A DNA stretch of 64,000 bases from Candidatus Omnitrophota bacterium (GTDB lineage: Bacteria > Omnitrophota > Gorgyraeia > JAHJTE01), in contig JAHJTE010000001.1 of assembly GCA_018830005.1 (NCBI GenBank), positions 193,332 through 257,331 of the forward strand. Reading direction: 5' to 3'. Position numbers and translations under genes: made by a program. The notes beneath the pieces are model-generated. The model did not search any database, had not been told where the DNA came from, and worked only from the letters and a program-made list of their open reading frames with translations. Positions 58,550 to 64,000 of the stretch are shown one piece after another; position 1 is the first letter of the stretch, and the number at the start of each line of letters is the position of its first letter.

Positions 58550-59395
58550 ATGTATACAGAATATTGGTCAATTAAAGACAAGCCGTTTGAAAATACTCCT
58601 GACCCGCGTTTTATCTACTATTCCTCTAAACACGAAGAGGCATTAAGCCGTATGCTTTATTGCATTAGAGAGAAGAAGGGTGCGGGTATGCTTACAGGAG
58701 ATTATGGCTCAGGTAAAACTCTTCTTTCTCGAGTTTTACTTAAAGAGTTGAAGACGGAAAGATATACCGATGTATTAATTTTTAATCCAGTCCTAAGCCC
58801 TATTGAATTTTTGAAAGAGATAGCCTATCAGTTGGGCCAGGATTCTGTTCCGGATAATAAGGTGGATATTATTCACGTTCTAAACGGTCTTCTTTATGAA
58901 AATTACACTAAGGGTAAAGATACAATAATTTTGATTGATGAGGCACAGACAATTGTAAGTGATGAGGTGTTTGAGGAATTACGTCTTATATTGAATTTTC
59001 AGCTTAATAACGCCTTTTTATTGACGCTGATTCTTATTGGACAGCCAGAGTTGGTTAAAAAGATAAATAAGATACCCCAACTAAGTCAACGCATAGCAAT
59101 AAGGTATTTTCTCTCTAGTCTTGAGGAAACAGAGACATATGAATATATAAAGCATAGGTTAAACGTTGTCGGAAGAGAAAAGAATATATTTGACGAGTCT
59201 GCCTTAAGGTTAATTTTTAGGGTCTCACGCGGGATACCGCGGGTCGTCAATAATATCTGTGATATGTCGTTGTTGGTTGGTTTTGGCGCAAAGAAAGAAT
59301 TGATTGATGAGGTAGTTGTGCGCGAAGTCATCAGAGATATGGAGGATGGCCACAGTAAAGAGGCAAACCCCACTCCTTTACATCGATTGTATTAG
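58550..59395 (+). CDS. ExeA-like AAA ATPase (type found in EPS / PEP-CTERM-type loci)
   Basis: PFENTPDPRF, GDYGSGKT, LIDEAQ, GQPEL, GIPRVVNNICD; AGGAG RBS before ATG 58550. Confidence 0.9.
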   Translation: MYTEYWSIKDKPFENTPDPRFIYYSSKHEEALSRMLYCIREKKGAGMLTGDYGSGKTLLSRVLLKELKTERYTDVLIFNPVLSPIEFLKEIAYQLGQDSVPDNKVDIIHVLNGLLYENYTKGKDTIILIDEAQTIVSDEVFEELRLILNFQLNNAFLLTLILIGQPELVKKINKIPQLSQRIAIRYFLSSLEETETYEYIKHRLNVVGREKNIFDESALRLIFRVSRGIPRVVNNICDMSLLVGFGAKKELIDEVVVREVIRDMEDGHSKEANPTPLHRLY

Positions 59396-59427
59396 AACAT
59401 TAGCTAACCCAGGATAAGACGAAGCTT

Positions 59428-60564
59428 ATGATTAGAATAGCAGATATACTCGGAAATTCTTCGGAAGAAGATAAGCCAAGAAAAGAGAAACAAGAACAAG
59501 GAAAACAAAAAGACGCAACTCCACCTCCAAATGTTGAACTTATTAAAGGCAAATCCCAAACCCCGCCTTTTCCGTCTAAACCATACTCCCCTTTAAAACA
59601 GGAACAAGAAGAACCTTCCCTAATAGAGCTATCTAAGTCAATGCTGGATAAAGTGAAGTTAGAAGGCCTCGAGGAATCCAGAGGTCTATATAATAAATTA
59701 GCTACTTCTCTAAAGGGCGTATGTGACACTTTGGCTTCTGGAGGAGATATTGATTTAACTACAGCTAATGATAACTTGAGTGCACTTATTGATCAGCTTG
59801 CCCTAGGCAATGAAGAATTCAAGACTTTAACTAATTCGCCTTACGAAGGTGAATATTTGTATGCTCATATGGTTAACGTTAGTATACTTTCTATCTTAAT
59901 AGGTGTGCAGGCAGGTTTTAACAAATCCCGATTATTAGAGTTATCTTCGGGTGCGCTTTTACATGATGTAGGTTTAATTAAATTCCGAGAGATAATTAAT
60001 GCTCCGCGAAAATTGACAAAGGAAGAATACGAACAGATTAAACAACACACTATTCTTGGGGCCGAGATTTTGAAAGACTGCAAAGGCATCTCTAAAGGGA
60101 TCCTCTCTATTATATCAGGCCACCATGAGCGCTTGGACGGGTCAGGTTATCCTAAGAGACTTAAGGCCCAGGATATCGAAGATAATGCTCAGATTGTAGC
60201 CCTTGTTAATGCCTATGAATCTTTAACCCATAAGCGGCCTTTTAGGGATAGGATTTTAAATAGCAAGGCTATGCGTCTAATGGTTGAGCAAAAGAAAACG
60301 TTCAGATCTGACTTTCTAAAATTATTTATTGAAGCGATTTCCATTTATCCTTTGAATTGCTGGGTAAGGTTAAGCTCGGATGAAATAGCTAAAGTTGTTG
60401 GTATCAATAGGGCCTTCCTCTTAAAACCCAAGGTAGAAATTTTCTTTGATAAGAAGAATAAGAGGCTGGATTCGACAAAGATTATTGATTTGAGTAAACA
60501 GCCTAACATCTATGTTAAAGAAGAGATCCCGCAAGAGGCTGTTGAATTTAAGTTAGAGGATTAG
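59428..60564 (+). CDS. HD-GYP domain protein
   Basis: HMVNV, LLHDVG, HHERLDGSGYP, RPFR. Confidence 0.9.
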   Translation: MIRIADILGNSSEEDKPRKEKQEQGKQKDATPPPNVELIKGKSQTPPFPSKPYSPLKQEQEEPSLIELSKSMLDKVKLEGLEESRGLYNKLATSLKGVCDTLASGGDIDLTTANDNLSALIDQLALGNEEFKTLTNSPYEGEYLYAHMVNVSILSILIGVQAGFNKSRLLELSSGALLHDVGLIKFREIINAPRKLTKEEYEQIKQHTILGAEILKDCKGISKGILSIISGHHERLDGSGYPKRLKAQDIEDNAQIVALVNAYESLTHKRPFRDRILNSKAMRLMVEQKKTFRSDFLKLFIEAISIYPLNCWVRLSSDEIAKVVGINRAFLLKPKVEIFFDKKNKRLDSTKIIDLSKQPNIYVKEEIPQEAVEFKLED

Positions 60565-60566
60565 TT

Positions 60567-61613
60567 ATGTATAAAATATTTACAGTTTCAATCCTTATTT
60601 TGGGAGTGAGTTTATTTATTGGTTGTGCCGGATTCAACGATCAGTTAAGGCAATCTAGCCTTGGGGACTTGCCTGATATTGATATATCAGAAGAGATATC
60701 GAATAATTTTGAATACACTATAGGAGATTTCGATGTTTTACAAATTAAAGTCTGGCAAGGCATAACCAAGCCCAAGAGAAAAACGAATAAGCAGGCTTTG
60801 GGCGATAGCGAATATCTGATAGCTAAAGGTGATACGCTTAATATCTATGTATGGCAGTGGGCAGAACTTTACCGGGATGTTATCGTACGTCCTGATGGCA
60901 GGATTTCTTTTCCTTTGGTTGGGGATATAATTGTTGAAGGTATAACCTTAACCGAGCTTGACGAGATAATTACTGAGCTGCTTAAAGAATATATTAGATA
61001 TCCTGAGGTTTCTATTATGATTATTGGTTTTGGTCAGAGCAGTTTTGGCACAAAGAATATATTCGAAGATATTCCGGGAGAGGTAATCGTGCGGCCTGAT
61101 GGCAGGATTTCTTTTCCTTTTGTAGGCGAGGTTATGGCCAGAGGCATGACCTTACGTGAATTGGACGATAGACTTACACAAGAGTTAAGTACTTTTATAG
61201 ATTCTCCTGAAGTCTATGTTAATTTGTCGGGGATTGGAGGCAAGAGAGTCATTGTCTTAGGCGAAGTAACTAATCCTGGCGTATTTAAACCAAAGGACAA
61301 TGCAAGACTTCTTGATGTTATTGCTATGGCAGAAGGATATACCGATGATGCTGCTTTAAATAGCGTTATCTTAATCAGGGGCGGGTTAGATAAACCTCAA
61401 GCAAAGAGGATCAATTTAGTTAATATTATCAAGAAGGGTAATTTAAAAGATAATATCTATATCCAGGCAGAGGATATTATTTATATACCAAAGACCTTTA
61501 TTTCTGATCTTAATTATGCCCTTGAGCAACTCATAGGTCCATTGGTGAGTTCGGGATCAGCAGTTACTAGTATTAAGACAATTAGAGGACGAACAACGCC
61601 TGATGTGAATTAA
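60567..61613 (+). CDS. wza: Polysaccharide export lipoprotein (Wza/OPX-like) with duplicated Poly_export domain
   Basis: Lipobox FIGC; two VRPDGRISFP motifs; SLBB VLGEV...PG...DIIYIP. Confidence 0.85.
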   Translation: MYKIFTVSILILGVSLFIGCAGFNDQLRQSSLGDLPDIDISEEISNNFEYTIGDFDVLQIKVWQGITKPKRKTNKQALGDSEYLIAKGDTLNIYVWQWAELYRDVIVRPDGRISFPLVGDIIVEGITLTELDEIITELLKEYIRYPEVSIMIIGFGQSSFGTKNIFEDIPGEVIVRPDGRISFPFVGEVMARGMTLRELDDRLTQELSTFIDSPEVYVNLSGIGGKRVIVLGEVTNPGVFKPKDNARLLDVIAMAEGYTDDAALNSVILIRGGLDKPQAKRINLVNIIKKGNLKDNIYIQAEDIIYIPKTFISDLNYALEQLIGPLVSSGSAVTSIKTIRGRTTPDVN

Positions 61614-61624
61614 GTTAAAAGTTT

Positions 61625-63541
61625 ATGCCTACATACGAATTAAATTTTAGAGATTATTTACGCATTTTACATAAAAGATACTGGATAATCTTAGTCTCTG
61701 TTATTGTTTCCACTCTAGTAGTAATAATAAAATCCGGTAAGCAAATACCTTTTTACCGTGCAGAGGCTACGGTGCGTATCGAAGAACGCAAGACCCTTGT
61801 AGGTACAATACTTGATAGGCCATTTTATTATGGCAGTCGTACAGATTATTTATCTTCTGAGATGAGGGTTATTAAGAGCCGGACAGTTGCCGAAGAGGTA
61901 GCTAGACGCCTGGGAAAGATTAAGGAAGATATGAGCAAGGAGCAAGTTGATGCAGTTGTATCAAGAATACAAGGCGGAATTTCAGTAGAACAAGTTTCCG
62001 AAGGGGATATGGAGACTGACCTGGCTAAGATTGTAGTAATAACAGCTGATGCAAAATTATCAGCGCAGATTGCCAATAAAACCGCTGAAGTTTATCAAGA
62101 GGAAAATCTCAAGCAAAAAAACAAAGAGATACGCCAAAGCAAGGAATTTGTGGAAAAGCAACTTGCTACAATCGAGGAAAAGTTAAGGGCGTCTGAAGAT
62201 GCACTTGCGAGGTTTAAACAAGAGGAACCGGCAAGCGAGATGGGGATGGATTTATCTCAAAGATTGACTACTTTGCAAGTGGAACTTACTGATCTTTTGA
62301 CCAGAGCTACTGAGAAACACCCAAACGTATTAAGATATAAAGAGGAGATTGAACGTATTCAGCAGCAGATGAAGAATTTGCCAGAAGGTGAAATTGAATT
62401 TTTACGTTTAAGGCGCGACGTAGAAGTTAATGATCAAATCTATAGAATGCTTCGGGACAGAGTTGAAGAAGCGAGGATTACAGAGGCAGGAAAGGTTTCA
62501 GATGTTACTGTAGTCAGCCTTGCAGGAGGAATGGGTTATGAGGTCGGGCCTGATAAAAAAAGGAACATATTAGTTGGTTTTATGTTGGGTGCCGTAATCG
62601 GACTTGTTTTAATGTTTACTATGGAAAATCTCGATACCTCCATTTCTACTATTGAAGATGTAGAATCCTACATAAAGTTACGTGTATTAGGGGTTATACC
62701 TTCTTTGAAAACAGAAAGAGACAGAAAACAGGAGGACAAAAATCGAGGCAAATTAAATGAGAGATCTTCTAATGTTTTTACAATATGTGATAATACTTCC
62801 TCTCCTTTTACTGAGGCATTTAGAATACTAAGGACGAATTTAAAAGTAGAAGAAAGTAAAAAACGGACAATCTTGGTTACTTCCACTGGACCACGCGAGG
62901 GAAAAACTACTGTTTTGATAGGGCTAGGCTTAGTTCTGTCACAGGTAGGTTTAAGGACGCTATTAATAGATACTGATTTAAGAAGGCCTGCTGTTTCGAA
63001 AGTCTTTGGCATAGAACGAGAACCAGGGATAAATGAGCTATTGGTTGGTACATCCAAAGGCATAGATAGTGTTGCCAAAAATTTTACGGACCTTCTGATT
63101 GGGGGATTGGGTTTTGATTATATTAGACATCAGCCAGGCCTGGAGAACCTTAATATTCTTACCAGCGGCTCTTTGACTAGCAATTCCTCTGAGCTTATAA
63201 GTTCGCCTAAGATGGAACGGTTAATTGGAGAATTCAAGGAAAGATACGATGTTGTTATTTTTGATTCTCCGCCAGCTTTATCAGTGACAGATGCTTCTAT
63301 TCTTTCCCGATACGTGGATGGAGTGGTTGTTGTTTATGAGATGGGCAGAACTAGCCGTGATGCATTACTGCGTACTAAAATTCAACTTGAATCTGTAGGA
63401 GCAAAAATTTTGGGCGTTGTCTTAAATCATACCCGACCGCAAACAGAATTTCAGACTAGTTATTACCCTTATTATCAGTCTTACAAGTATAAATATTATT
63501 ATACAGACAAGGAAAAACAAGAAAAGACCAAAGAAGGATGA
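61625..63541 (+). CDS. wzc: Polysaccharide co-polymerase / BY-kinase
   Basis: Two TMs flanking coiled coil; EAFRILRTN, GPREGKTT, IDTDLRRP, FDSPP, C-terminal Tyr cluster. Confidence 0.92.
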   Translation: MPTYELNFRDYLRILHKRYWIILVSVIVSTLVVIIKSGKQIPFYRAEATVRIEERKTLVGTILDRPFYYGSRTDYLSSEMRVIKSRTVAEEVARRLGKIKEDMSKEQVDAVVSRIQGGISVEQVSEGDMETDLAKIVVITADAKLSAQIANKTAEVYQEENLKQKNKEIRQSKEFVEKQLATIEEKLRASEDALARFKQEEPASEMGMDLSQRLTTLQVELTDLLTRATEKHPNVLRYKEEIERIQQQMKNLPEGEIEFLRLRRDVEVNDQIYRMLRDRVEEARITEAGKVSDVTVVSLAGGMGYEVGPDKKRNILVGFMLGAVIGLVLMFTMENLDTSISTIEDVESYIKLRVLGVIPSLKTERDRKQEDKNRGKLNERSSNVFTICDNTSSPFTEAFRILRTNLKVEESKKRTILVTSTGPREGKTTVLIGLGLVLSQVGLRTLLIDTDLRRPAVSKVFGIEREPGINELLVGTSKGIDSVAKNFTDLLIGGLGFDYIRHQPGLENLNILTSGSLTSNSSELISSPKMERLIGEFKERYDVVIFDSPPALSVTDASILSRYVDGVVVVYEMGRTSRDALLRTKIQLESVGAKILGVVLNHTRPQTEFQTSYYPYYQSYKYKYYYTDKEKQEKTKEG

Positions 63542-63598
63542 TTTTATAGCTTACTAATAGAACAGATTGAAGGTATAAGAGTTTCGCTAATTAAAAAG

Positions 63599-63626
63599 AA
63601 GAGGGGATATAACCCTCTTTATTTTT
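63599..63626 (+). terminator. Intrinsic terminator-like hairpin after wzc
   Basis: AAGAGGG-GATATAA-CCCTCTT followed by TATTTTT. Confidence 0.6.
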
Positions 63627-63637
63627 AGGTTGTTCAA

Positions 63638-64000
63638 ATGATGCCGAAGGGTCTTGGTCAGGTCAATGTCACCGTATTAATTATCCTCGCCGTAGTCATC
63701 TTTTTATTCTTCTCCCTCTTTAATTCCTTTTTAGGTTTTAGTCCAGAGAATATGCTTCTATGGGTTTTAGTAATAGCCGTGTTACTCGTAACCCTTGTCA
63801 ATATCAATATCAGTTTGATAATCTTGATATTTTCTATGCTTCTTTCTCCAGAATTTGTTTTAGGCGAGCTAGGCGTAGCACGTCGTATCGTTATTCGTGT
63901 TGATGATATATTGTTATTGGTAGTTTGTTTTACTTGGTTAGTAAAGATGGCGATGAACAAACAACTAGGTCTATTAAAATTTACACCACTTCAAGTGCCT
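63638..64000 (+). CDS. Membrane protein, probable O-antigen ligase/polymerase family (3'-truncated by window edge)
   Basis: Open frame MMPKGLGQVNVTVLIIL...SMLLSPEF...IRVDDILL...WLVKMA...TPLQVP; highly hydrophobic; follows wza-wzc. Confidence 0.65.
   Translation, partial: MMPKGLGQVNVTVLIILAVVIFLFFSLFNSFLGFSPENMLLWVLVIAVLLVTLVNINISLIILIFSMLLSPEFVLGELGVARRIVIRVDDILLLVVCFTWLVKMAMNKQLGLLKFTPLQVP

Noticed and set aside
1-64000. CRISPR arrays, tRNA/rRNA genes, transposases, integrases
   Set aside because: No regularly spaced repeats, cloverleaf or rRNA signatures, or mobile-element ORFs recognised by eye; intergenic gaps are short

Overview
Low-GC bacterial chromosomal window, almost entirely on the + strand. 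Gene content suggests an anaerobic diderm, possibly Candidatus Omnitrophota; this is inference only. Region 1-33.3 kb is housekeeping. It holds a purine operon (purC-purL-LOG-purF-purM-purD-purE), a tsaC/LMW-phosphatase fusion, rpiB, glyA, dCMP deaminase, nrdR, a CCA-type enzyme, a macro-NUDIX fusion, rtcA, an endonuclease III-like fusion, ychF, rlmB, rmuC, pgeF, cutA/ccdA/tlpA, the four-subunit pyruvate:ferredoxin oxidoreductase, mscS, a GT9, a ferredoxin and a SurA/PpiD chaperone. Region 33.4-58.3 kb is a roughly 25-kb RiPP-like modification cluster. It has eight radical SAM enzymes: five PqqE-like SPASM, two with a short Twitch-like tail and one B12-binding. It also has three PqqD/RRE genes plus an RRE-like domain on a glycosyltransferase, two HPr-kinase-like proteins, two S24/S26-peptidase-nucleotidyltransferase fusions, three GT4s, a methyltransferase, an SGNH protein and an ABC exporter. 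Both peptidase domains carry Cys at the usual Ser-nucleophile position. The strongest signal is a PqqD/RRE fused in frame, through a 5x7-bp tandem repeat, to a YxxP-leader, Cys-rich precursor-like peptide (37480-38007). A second, unannotated 44-aa YxxPxL precursor-like ORF (45156-45290) sits in front of a stand-alone PqqD. Region 58.5-64 kb begins an exopolysaccharide locus (ExeA-like ATPase, HD-GYP, Wza, Wzc, O-antigen ligase-like). No rRNA, tRNA, CRISPR array or transposase was recognised. All family calls come from reading motifs by eye; no database searches were run.
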